From: Spirochaetia bacterium
GTDB lineage: Bacteria > Spirochaetota > Spirochaetia > SZUA-6 > Bin103
DNA: 64,000 bases
Direction: 5' to 3'
Assembly (NCBI GenBank): GCA_965208575.1
Contig: CBDBOV010000004.1
Coordinates: 544,001 to 608,000, forward strand
Shown here: in pieces, positions 37,422 through 46,039 of the stretch
How the letters are laid out: the number at the start of each line of letters is the position of its first letter
Position numbering within the stretch: the stretch's first letter is position 1
Program-made: the position numbers and the translations under genes
The notes under the pieces: generated by a model
Database searches by the model: none
Told to the model about the DNA's origin: nothing
The model's input: only the letters and a program-made list of their open reading frames with translations

Positions 37422-38327
37422 TTACACACGGATCGGGTTGGTCCAGGCGCGGCGTCCGCGTTTGTCGAACACGGTGAGCCGTGCGTACGGGCCCTTGATC
37501 CCGGCCAGGTCGAGTTCGGCGGCGGTGATGTCCGCGGTGCCCACTACCGTGGACGACGAGGAACTGCGGCCGGTCAGCCGCATGGCGCGCACCGGCGAGG
37601 TGCGCACGGAGAGCTTGCCGCCGCGCTCCGGAGCGACGCCGAGGATCTCCGGACCCTGGCTCGCGTAGAAGCTGCCGGCGTGCAGCGCCTCGACCAGGGC
37701 GTCCGGGTGCAGGTGCTCGCAGCGTACCATCACCCAGTTCTTGCCCCAATCGGGCATCGCGGGCTTGAAGTGCGCGTCATCGGTGGCGATGGCGTGGTAG
37801 TAGTGGCCCTGGCTGAGCAGCCTATCGAGGTAGCCGCTGCTGTCGCCCTTGCCGTTGGCCACCGTGCAGGTGGTATTGACGATCTCGATGGCGCCAGCCG
37901 CCTTCAGGGACAGAACGTCGGCGTCGGTCAGGTCGTACCAGGCCGGATGGGCGGCCGCCACGTAGGCGCCGGCCGCCTTGGCGCGGGCGGCGAGCTGCGG
38001 GCCGGTTTCGTCGGCTCCGGTTGCCGTGAAGTCGAGCGGCAGCCCGACCGCCAGGATGTGCCAAGCCTCGCCCAGGCTGGTCGGGGGGGCGTGCAGCTCG
38101 GCGCCGATGACGGTAGTGAACCGGTCGCTCCGATACGGTGTCGTGTCGGAGACCGGAAACCCGTACTTGGCGAGAAAGTGGTCGGTCAGGCTGATGAAGT
38201 GGTAGCCGCGGCGCCGGTAGTGGGCGCACACGTCGGGCGGCGTCTTCAAACCGTCCGAGTTGGTGGAATGGGTGTGCAGGTTGCCGCGGTACCAGTGACC
38301 GGGCTTGGCGAACGGCAGCGTGTCCAT
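37422..38327 (-). CDS. PHP-fold metallohydrolase (CehA/McbA-like)
   Basis: GNLHTHSTNSDG, LTDH, AHP, TDDAH. Confidence 0.88.
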   Translation of the reverse strand: MDTLPFAKPGHWYRGNLHTHSTNSDGLKTPPDVCAHYRRRGYHFISLTDHFLAKYGFPVSDTTPYRSDRFTTVIGAELHAPPTSLGEAWHILAVGLPLDFTATGADETGPQLAARAKAAGAYVAAAHPAWYDLTDADVLSLKAAGAIEIVNTTCTVANGKGDSSGYLDRLLSQGHYYHAIATDDAHFKPAMPDWGKNWVMVRCEHLHPDALVEALHAGSFYASQGPEILGVAPERGGKLSVRTSPVRAMRLTGRSSSSSTVVGTADITAAELDLAGIKGPYARLTVFDKRGRRAWTNPIRV

Positions 38328-38343
38328 CGAATCGTCTCCTTGT

Positions 38344-38394
38344 CAGTCGGGATCAGTCAGGATCGGTAGGGATCAATCGGGATCGGTCAGGATC
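38344..38394. repeat. Five degenerate 10-bp tandem repeats (cRRtMRggat)
   Basis: cagtcgggat cagtcaggat cggtagggat caatcgggat cggtcaggat. Confidence 0.75.
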
Positions 38395-38464
38395 ATTCGA
38401 GCCGCCGGAGAGGGCGCCACCGGTGGCAGGCCCTCTCCGCGGCAGATGGCGACTGCCGCCGCCG

Positions 38465-40084
38465 CTACAGGTTGGCGTCGGCGTAGTCCTGGTAGGCCTG
38501 GCGGAACTCTTCGTAGCCGTTGTCCTTCAGGCCCTGCAGGTACTCCGCCCACAGCGCTTCGACTTCCGCCTCGGAGTCGGCGATCAGCATCTTCGCGAAC
38601 AGCGGCGCGCGCACGTTCTCGTCCAGGTTCACGCGGATGTCCTCGACCTCGGCCAACGTGACCAGGTCCATCGGGTTGGGCCGCACCAGCGGCTTGGCCT
38701 CGTTGATGCGCTGCACGGCGCTGCCGCCGGCCTCGTAGTCTTCGCGGTTCGCCCACACCTCGACGTTGGCCATCGCCTCCTCGAAGGTGGGATAGTCGTT
38801 GATCGGGATGTAGCCGTGCACGGTGCTGAAGAACCCCCACCAGCGCGGCCACGACTTGTTCACCAGTTCGACGTCGTAGTCCTGCTGCCACTGCTCGAAG
38901 TCGAGGTCGTAGATGCCGTCCACCATGTTGCTCCAGTGGCGGTCCTCGATGCCGGCCACGAACAACTGGCGGCCCTCGCGGCTGTTTGCGAACTCGATCA
39001 CCTCCAGCGACTTGTCGATGTACTTGGAGTCGGCGGAGACGCCGAGCAGCAGCCACCACGATACGCCGGCTCCGTTCAGCTTGTAGCCGGGCGCCACCAC
39101 GGGCGGATCGGGCGAGTCGAACGCCGCCTCAGGCACCCCGATGCGCTCCACCCGGTTGGGCGTGACGTACGCGACCGGCGCAAAGAAGGCGCCGCCGCGA
39201 TTGGAATAGATCCACGCGTTGGAGGCTTCCTCGTTGTTGGGGTGATTGATGAAGTCGGTGTTCAGGGCGCCTTCACGGTACAGCCGGTTGCCGAATTTGA
39301 GCGCCTCCAGGGTACCCTGGTGGGTGGCCAGCGATATCACCGTGCCATCCTCCTGCACCTCCATGTCCTTGATGTTGGCGCTGGCGTTGAAGGCCATGAA
39401 GATCGGCGCTCCCACGCCGGTCGCGGCGCTGGTCACGAAGCCGGTGGTGTCGTCCTTGCCGTTGCCGTCCGGATCGTCATCGCTGAACGCCTTGAGCACC
39501 TCGTACAACTCGTCGGGCGTGTGCGGCATCGCCAGGCCCAGGTTGTCCAGCCAGTCCTGGCGAATGTGGAACTGCCAGTCGTAGCCGTGGTGGGTGCCGG
39601 GCACGTAGTAGTGGCCGCCATCGATCGTCAGTGGCTTGAACATGTCCGCCGTCATCACCTTGTGGATGAACGGATACTTCTCCGGCGTGACGTGGTCGTC
39701 GAGATTCGCGATCAGCCCCTCCTCGGCCCATTGCTGCCAGGGGTTCTGGCCCTGGTTGGACACGTGCATGATGTCCAGCGGGTCTCCCGAGGCCATCATC
39801 AGGTTGAGCTTCGACCACACCTGGTCCCAGGGCCCGCCCACGATCTGCAGGTCGATGTTCAGCCGGCGCTCCATCTCATTGATGCTGAGATCGGTGTCCT
39901 GGTCCATGCGCAACGGCCCCGGCACGAACACCTTGATCGGCACGATCTCGGCGGCCGCGCCCTCTTCGCCCTCGGCAGCGGCCCACACCGTGGCGCTCAT
40001 GGTGCACAGCAAGGCGATACAGGCACCGGCCGCGACGCAGAATCGGGTGCGGCTGCCTGCCCTGAAAAAGATTTTGGATGTCAT
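38465..40084 (-). CDS. Carbohydrate ABC extracellular solute-binding protein
   Basis: Signal peptide; IRQDWLDNLGL..P.TPDEL..VLKAF...DPDGNGKDDT. Confidence 0.9.
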   Translation of the reverse strand: MTSKIFFRAGSRTRFCVAAGACIALLCTMSATVWAAAEGEEGAAAEIVPIKVFVPGPLRMDQDTDLSINEMERRLNIDLQIVGGPWDQVWSKLNLMMASGDPLDIMHVSNQGQNPWQQWAEEGLIANLDDHVTPEKYPFIHKVMTADMFKPLTIDGGHYYVPGTHHGYDWQFHIRQDWLDNLGLAMPHTPDELYEVLKAFSDDDPDGNGKDDTTGFVTSAATGVGAPIFMAFNASANIKDMEVQEDGTVISLATHQGTLEALKFGNRLYREGALNTDFINHPNNEEASNAWIYSNRGGAFFAPVAYVTPNRVERIGVPEAAFDSPDPPVVAPGYKLNGAGVSWWLLLGVSADSKYIDKSLEVIEFANSREGRQLFVAGIEDRHWSNMVDGIYDLDFEQWQQDYDVELVNKSWPRWWGFFSTVHGYIPINDYPTFEEAMANVEVWANREDYEAGGSAVQRINEAKPLVRPNPMDLVTLAEVEDIRVNLDENVRAPLFAKMLIADSEAEVEALWAEYLQGLKDNGYEEFRQAYQDYADANL

Positions 40085-40136
40085 TCGACACCTCCTTGAA
40101 TTGGTGGAATCTGCAGCAAACGCTGCGCGAATTGAC

Positions 40137-40988
40137 TCACTCCTTGATGGCTCCGAGCATGATGCCCTTGACGAAGTGCTTCTGGATGAACGGGTACACC
40201 ATCATGATCGGGATGATGCTGATCGCGATCACCGCCGCCTTCAACATCTGCGGCACCACGTCGGTCGGCACGAACACGCTCGACGCACTCACGACCAGGT
40301 TGCGCATCACCATCGACAGTGGATACAGCTTGGCGTCGGAGATGAACAGCATCGGGAAAAACCAGTCGTTCCAGAAGTACACCGAGTAGAACAGCCCGAT
40401 GGTCGCCACGATCGGCATCGAGGTCGGCAGCACGATCAGGAACAGGATCTGGATCTCGTTGTAGCCGTCGATTCGGGCCGAGTCCTCCAGGCTCTGCGGC
40501 ACCGCGGTGGCGAAGTAGTTCTTCATCAGGATCAGGTTGAAGGTGTTGATGGCGTTGGGCACGAACAGCACCAGCAGCGAGTTGCGCATGCCCAACGAGG
40601 TGAGCAGGATGTACAGCGGAATCAGGCCGCCGGAGAAGAACATGGTGAAGATGATCAGCCGGAAGAAGAAGTTCCTGCCCGGCAGGTCGTTCTTGGACAG
40701 CACGTAGGCGCCCATCGAGGTAAGCAGCAGGCTGAGCGCGGTGCCGGCGGTGGTCACCAGCACGCTGACGAAGAAGGCGACGTACACCAGCGGGCGCGAC
40801 AGCGCGGTCTGGAAGCTCGCCAGGGTGAAGCTCTTGGGGATGATGTGGTAGTAGTCGGCGAAGAAGCCGCGCTCGGTGGCGGTGGCGACCACCAGGATGT
40901 ACCAGAACGGGTACAGCGTGACCGCCGTGGCCACCAGCAGCAGGAAGTAGTTGAAGAAGTCGAACGGCTGCATGCGCTGGCGAGCCAT
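40137..40988 (-). CDS. Carbohydrate ABC permease
   Basis: FSGGLIP, SLEDSARIDG, YPFIQKHFVKG. Confidence 0.92.
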   Translation of the reverse strand: MARQRMQPFDFFNYFLLLVATAVTLYPFWYILVVATATERGFFADYYHIIPKSFTLASFQTALSRPLVYVAFFVSVLVTTAGTALSLLLTSMGAYVLSKNDLPGRNFFFRLIIFTMFFSGGLIPLYILLTSLGMRNSLLVLFVPNAINTFNLILMKNYFATAVPQSLEDSARIDGYNEIQILFLIVLPTSMPIVATIGLFYSVYFWNDWFFPMLFISDAKLYPLSMVMRNLVVSASSVFVPTDVVPQMLKAAVIAISIIPIMMVYPFIQKHFVKGIMLGAIKE

Positions 40989-40990
40989 GA

Positions 40991-41968
40991 TCAGCGTACC
41001 GTCCCGACGTTGCTCTGCGACCCGTAAATGCCTTCCACGCCGAACAGCTTGCAGGCGTTGTTGGCCGCGATCAGCAGGCCCAGCCCCACCACCGACTTGA
41101 TGATGCTGGCCGCCGACAGCAGCCCGAACTTCGGGTTCTGCTGCAGGTTCCTGACGATGTAGGTGTCCAGGATGTCGGCGGTTTCGTATACCACCGGGTT
41201 GTACAGGTTGAATATCTGGTCGAAGCCGATCGCCAGGATGTTGCCGAGAAAGAGGATCGCCATGATCGCCACCGTGTTGGAGATGCTCGGCAGCGTGATG
41301 TACCACGCCATCTGGCGCCGCTTGGCGCCCTCCACCTGCGCGCACTCGTACAGCGCCGGGTCGATGCCGGCGATCGCCGCCAGGTAGATGATCGAGGTCC
41401 AGCCGGTCTCCTTCCACAGCTCGGTGGAGATCAGCACCCAGCGGAAGTAGCGGTTGTCGATCAGGAAGCCCACCTGCTCGAAGCCGAGCGCCTGCAACAG
41501 CACGTTGACCGCGCCGGTGTCCCTGACCAGCAGGGTGTTGATGATGCCGGCGAGCGCCACCCAGGAGACGAAGTGCGGCAGGTAGGTCACGGTCTGCACC
41601 ACCCGCTTGTAGCCGGAATGGAACACCTCGTTGAGCAGCAGCGCGAACAGCACCGGCGCCGGCACTCCGAAGATGAAGCGCAGCACGTTGATCACGATGG
41701 TGTTGCGGAACGCGAGCTGGAAGTTCTTGTCGGTAAACAGGCGAACGAAGTTGTCGAAACCCACGAACGGGCTGGCGAAGCCGCGCGAGAAGCGGAAGTC
41801 CTGGAACGCCAGCACGATGCCGTACATCGGCGCGTACTGGAACACGAGGTACCAGGCCAGCACCGGCACCATCATCAGGTACAGGTAGCGCTTCTTGATC
41901 AGTAACTTGATGAACCGCTGGCGCGGAGACGCTACCGCGATGGCGGCGGCCTCGACCCGGTTGGCCAT
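40991..41968 (-). CDS. Carbohydrate ABC permease (LplB type)
   Basis: YLPHFVSWV, WKETGW..IIYLAAIAGID..LYE. Confidence 0.92.
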   Translation of the reverse strand: MANRVEAAAIAVASPRQRFIKLLIKKRYLYLMMVPVLAWYLVFQYAPMYGIVLAFQDFRFSRGFASPFVGFDNFVRLFTDKNFQLAFRNTIVINVLRFIFGVPAPVLFALLLNEVFHSGYKRVVQTVTYLPHFVSWVALAGIINTLLVRDTGAVNVLLQALGFEQVGFLIDNRYFRWVLISTELWKETGWTSIIYLAAIAGIDPALYECAQVEGAKRRQMAWYITLPSISNTVAIMAILFLGNILAIGFDQIFNLYNPVVYETADILDTYIVRNLQQNPKFGLLSAASIIKSVVGLGLLIAANNACKLFGVEGIYGSQSNVGTVR

Positions 41969-42046
41969 GGCGCGAATCGTACGGTTGGGCTACAACATGC
42001 GTCAAGCAACAGCGTCGGCGCGCCCGCGCGGTGCATCGGGAGGGGG

Positions 42047-42919
42047 GTGACCATGAACGTGCTGATAACCGGAGGCAGCGGCCGGCTCGCGGGCTACGTG
42101 GCGCGGGAGCTTGCCGAACACCGTCTGGTGCTGACCGACGTCCGGCCGCCGCCCGGCGACCGCGCCCACCTGCCGTTCGTGACCGCCGACCTGACCGAGT
42201 TCGCCGACTGCCGCCGCGTGATCGCCGCGAGCGAGCCGGAGGTGATCGTGGCGCTCGGAGCCATTCCGTACGCCACCGACAAGGCCGGACGCGACGGCGG
42301 CGGACCGCCGTTCGACACTACCATGCGGGTCAACGTGCTCGGCCTCTACTACCTGCTGATGGCGGCGGCCGAGGCGGGCGTCAAGAAGGTGGTGCAGACC
42401 AGCTCGGTGGTCGCCATCAAGGGCGGCGCCACCACCTACCGCTACCTGCCGATTGACGACGACCACCCCGGCTGCGTGACCGAGTCCTACATCTTCTCCA
42501 AGATGGCGGGCGAAATGATGCTGCAGTGGTTCTGGCGTGCGCACGGCATCCACTCGGTGGCGTGCCGGCCGGCCTGGATCTGGACTCCGGAGCAGTTGCA
42601 GGAGCACGCCCGCACCATCGCGCCGACCACCGCGTGGGAGCCGGGGCTGTGGCACTGCGTGGACATCCGCGACGTGGCCCGCGCCCACCGCCTGCTGTTC
42701 GACGCCCTCGACCGGCTGCCGCCGGCCGCGTGCTTCTACGCCGGCGCGGCCGACCACCGCGCCCCGGAAGAGTCACGCGAACTGATCGAGCGCCTGCGTC
42801 CGGAGCTGGTCGGCGCCATCCCGATCGACCTCACCGGCCGGCAGGCGTTCGTCAGCTACGCCAAGGCCGAGGCCGCCGTCGGCTACCAGCCCCGCCACTC
42901 CTGGACCGACTGGCGCTGA
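42047..42919 (+). CDS. NAD-dependent epimerase/dehydratase
   Basis: ITGGSGRLA, YIFSK. Confidence 0.88.
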   Translation: MTMNVLITGGSGRLAGYVARELAEHRLVLTDVRPPPGDRAHLPFVTADLTEFADCRRVIAASEPEVIVALGAIPYATDKAGRDGGGPPFDTTMRVNVLGLYYLLMAAAEAGVKKVVQTSSVVAIKGGATTYRYLPIDDDHPGCVTESYIFSKMAGEMMLQWFWRAHGIHSVACRPAWIWTPEQLQEHARTIAPTTAWEPGLWHCVDIRDVARAHRLLFDALDRLPPAACFYAGAADHRAPEESRELIERLRPELVGAIPIDLTGRQAFVSYAKAEAAVGYQPRHSWTDWR

Positions 42920-43232
42920 CGCACGCGCGTCGAGCGGGTCCACCACCCGCGGTCGCCCACCTCGGCCCGCCGACGCGCCCTTGGTTCATTGACATCGCCC
43001 GGTTGATCGGCGGGCGTCGATCAGTAGGCAATGCTTGTGAAACAGGTTGCTACCACCGTAAGACGGGCGGATGTCAGTCGCTGCCCTGCTGTGCCGACCG
43101 TTCCGGCTGTCGAGGCTTGTCGAGGCTTGTCGATCAGCCCCACCTCCATATCAAGTTCACGCTTCGTTCTTTCGGTCGGCGGGTCCGGACGCCGAAAGCT
43201 GCGATCCGCGGCCGTGGCGCGAGCCATTCGTG

Positions 43233-43622
43233 TCAGGAACTTGTGCGTTCCTGGCGCGCTGCGATGTCGACCGTTCGCCGAGGGTCGATGACCAGGCGGA
43301 TGCCGCGGAGGACGTCGGTCACGTGCTCTCCGCCGAGCCGTCCGATGCGCTCGGTCAGTTCGCCCTTGTCGATGGTGAACAGTTGCGTCACGTTGACGAC
43401 ACTGTCGCGCGGCAGGTTGCCTTCACCCTTCGGTAGCAGCACGTTGCCCGGAGCTTCGGCACGGCTCAGGTTGGACGTCAGCGCGCACACTACAACGGTG
43501 GCCAGCCGGCTGTGGTTGAACAAGTCGTTCTGAATCACCACGAACGGTCGCCGCAACGCCGGCCGCGAACCGGACGACTGGCCCAGGTCCACCCAATACA
43601 GATCCCCCTGCCTGATCACCAC
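43233..43622 (-). CDS. PemK/MazF toxin
   Basis: RQGDLYWVDL, RRPFVVIQND, CALTSN; overlaps the antitoxin stop. Confidence 0.9.
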   Translation of the reverse strand: MVIRQGDLYWVDLGQSSGSRPALRRPFVVIQNDLFNHSRLATVVVCALTSNLSRAEAPGNVLLPKGEGNLPRDSVVNVTQLFTIDKGELTERIGRLGGEHVTDVLRGIRLVIDPRRTVDIAARQERTSS

Positions 43623-43867
43623 CTGTCGGCGGACCGCCGTTGCAGAGGGCGGATTCCCAGCAGGGTGGCCGACTCTTCGTCGTCGGGAAAGTCGGCGTAA
43701 GCAGCGTTCAGACCCTCGAGGAGAACCCGATTCTCCGCCCTCGCCAGAAACTCCTCCAGCGCCAGCGCGTACAGGCGGCTGCGTGGCGTACCCCACCTGC
43801 GCGCCACCTCGTCCACGCGCTGCGCCAACGCCCGCTCAACCGAAACCGCAACCCGGATCTTCGCCAT
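43616..43867 (-). CDS. RHH-type antitoxin
   Basis: VAVSV...L...VD..A..W...RSRLYALALEEFL..LNAAY. Confidence 0.82.
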   Translation of the reverse strand: MAKIRVAVSVERALAQRVDEVARRWGTPRSRLYALALEEFLARAENRVLLEGLNAAYADFPDDEESATLLGIRPLQRRSADRW

Positions 43868-43930
43868 TTCATACTGTCCTTCTGAAAAGAAGTATGACAC
43901 TTCCACCGCCGGCGTCAAGCCGACCGCCGG

Positions 43931-44036
43931 CTATGTCTCGCGGATCGAACGAGCAACACGCACCGGCTCCGTGGCGACACTTGCTGCCATCGCCAAGGCC
44001 CTGGACGTGGAACTCGACGACTTGATCAACGGCTGA
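43931..44036 (+). pseudogene. 3' remnant of an HTH antitoxin paralog of 52159-52542
   Basis: Nucleotide match to 52437-52542 (..TGSVATLAAIAKALDVELDDLI). Confidence 0.8.
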
Positions 44037-44051
44037 TCGACAAACCCGTGC

Positions 44052-45872
44052 CTACCAGCCCATCGCGTAGGCGATGTTGTTCCGGGCGGTGGCGGCACCG
44101 AGAATCAGGCCGCGGTCGGCGTGGCAGTGGATCGCCAGCGGCTTGCCGTTGCTCCAACCGTCGATCGGCCGGACATCGTGACCGCGCCGGCGCAGGCCCG
44201 CGAGCGTCTCCTCGGGGATGCGCGACTCGGCTTCCACCCGGCCCGGATAGGCGCTGCGCGGGTAGAACGACGAGGGAAAGTGCGTCGTGTGCACGGTGGG
44301 CGCGTCGAGCGACTGTTGCAGGTCCATGCCGAATTCCACGTAGTTCAGGAAGAACTGCAGCGTCCACTGGTCCTGGCCGTCGCCGCCGGGGGTGCCGAAC
44401 GCCAGGAACGGCGCACCGTCGCGGGTGACGATGGTGGGCGTCAGCGTCGCGCGCGGCCGCTTGCGCGGCTGCAGGGCATTCGGTCGGCGCGGATTGAGGT
44501 AGAACATCTGGCCGCGCGTGCCGAGCGGGAAGCCCAGCCCGGCGATCACCGGCGACGAGCCGATCCAGCCGCCGCTCGGGGTAGCCGCCACCATGTTGCC
44601 GTCGGCGTCCACCGCGTCGAGATGGGTGGTGTCGCCGCGATGCGTTGCATCCGCCGGCACGGCACGGCTACCGGCGCCTTCGGCCAGACTCCGATGCCCC
44701 GCCGCAAGTCCCAGGGCACGCCGATTGTCATCCAGCACGCTGCGAGCCGCGTAATCGGGCACACCCGTGCCGAGGTCGCCGGGCCGCGACTCATGGGAGG
44801 CGGCCGGCCCGATCTGGGCGGCACGCCGTTCGCCGTAGCCGGCGGACAGCAGCACGTCGAACGGGACCGTGTCGAAGCCGGGATCGCCGTAGTACGCTTC
44901 GCGGTCGGCGAACGCCAGCTTGGCGCACTCGATCCATGCGTGCAGGTAGTCGGCGGAGTTGTGGCCCAGCGCCTTGATGTCCAGGTGCTGCAGGATTGCG
45001 AGCTGCTGCAGGAACACCGGCCCCTGGGTCCACGACGAGCACTTGAACACGTCCATGCCGCGATAGTTCACCGTCACCGGCTCCTCCACCCCGGCGTGCC
45101 AGTCGGCGAAGTCCTCAAGCGAAAGGAGACCGGTGTGGGCGGCGCCGCTGGCATCCGTCACCGGGTGGTCGCCGATGAAGCGCACGATCCGCTCCGCGAT
45201 CTGGCCGCGGTAGAAGGCATCGCAGGCGGCCTCGATGCCGGCCACCCGGCCGCGGCCCTTGGCGCCCTCCTCGGCCCGGCACATGATGCGCAGCATGGCG
45301 CCGAAGTCGGGGTTGCGCAGCACCTCGCCCACCGCGGGCGCGCCGCCGCCGGCCAGGTAGACGGCGCCGGTGGTCGGATAGCGCTCGGTGTAGGTCCTCC
45401 GCTCCTGGTGCAGGTGGCGGCTCAGCGCCTCGTACACCGGGAAGCCCTGCTCGGCGAGCTCGATGGCGGGCTGCAGGATCTCGGCGAAGCTCATCGTCCC
45501 GAACCGGGCCAGCGCGGTGGCCCAGGTTCCCACCACCGCCGGCACGCACGCCGGCAGGTAGCCGTCGCCGGGAATGAGGTCGATGCCGCGCTCACGGCAC
45601 CAGTCGATGGTGAACGCCGCCGGCGACCAGCCCATGCCGGAGATGGCGTACGTCTTGCGCTCGCGAGCCGAGTAGATCAGCGTCGGCACCTCGCCACCGA
45701 TGCCGCACAGGTGCGGCTCCAGCAGCGTCAGGCAGACGCCCATCGCGGCGGCCGCGTCGATGGCGTTGCCGCCGGCGGTCATGATCCGCAGCCCCGCGGA
45801 CGCAGCCAGGTAGTGGCCGGCGGTCACCACGCCGCGGCGGCCCATGATTACCGGTCGTGTTCTGAATCCCAT
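44052..45872 (-). CDS. Gamma-glutamyltransferase family protein
   Basis: GGNAIDAA, GIGG, DTTHLDAVD, GTPGGD. Confidence 0.92.
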   Translation of the reverse strand: MGFRTRPVIMGRRGVVTAGHYLAASAGLRIMTAGGNAIDAAAAMGVCLTLLEPHLCGIGGEVPTLIYSARERKTYAISGMGWSPAAFTIDWCRERGIDLIPGDGYLPACVPAVVGTWATALARFGTMSFAEILQPAIELAEQGFPVYEALSRHLHQERRTYTERYPTTGAVYLAGGGAPAVGEVLRNPDFGAMLRIMCRAEEGAKGRGRVAGIEAACDAFYRGQIAERIVRFIGDHPVTDASGAAHTGLLSLEDFADWHAGVEEPVTVNYRGMDVFKCSSWTQGPVFLQQLAILQHLDIKALGHNSADYLHAWIECAKLAFADREAYYGDPGFDTVPFDVLLSAGYGERRAAQIGPAASHESRPGDLGTGVPDYAARSVLDDNRRALGLAAGHRSLAEGAGSRAVPADATHRGDTTHLDAVDADGNMVAATPSGGWIGSSPVIAGLGFPLGTRGQMFYLNPRRPNALQPRKRPRATLTPTIVTRDGAPFLAFGTPGGDGQDQWTLQFFLNYVEFGMDLQQSLDAPTVHTTHFPSSFYPRSAYPGRVEAESRIPEETLAGLRRRGHDVRPIDGWSNGKPLAIHCHADRGLILGAATARNNIAYAMGW

Positions 45873-46039
45873 TCGTGTGGCCCCGATCCTACACCGATTC
45901 GGCGACCGCGTCGGCCCGCCGCGGCGGGTGGGTGCGAACGCCAGAAGCAGCAAAAGTCGCATGGCCGGGATCGACGACGGCTTGCAGGGGCGCACGGCGG
46001 GCGGCCAATCCCGAACGCGGCCACGGCGAGGAAGTCGCG

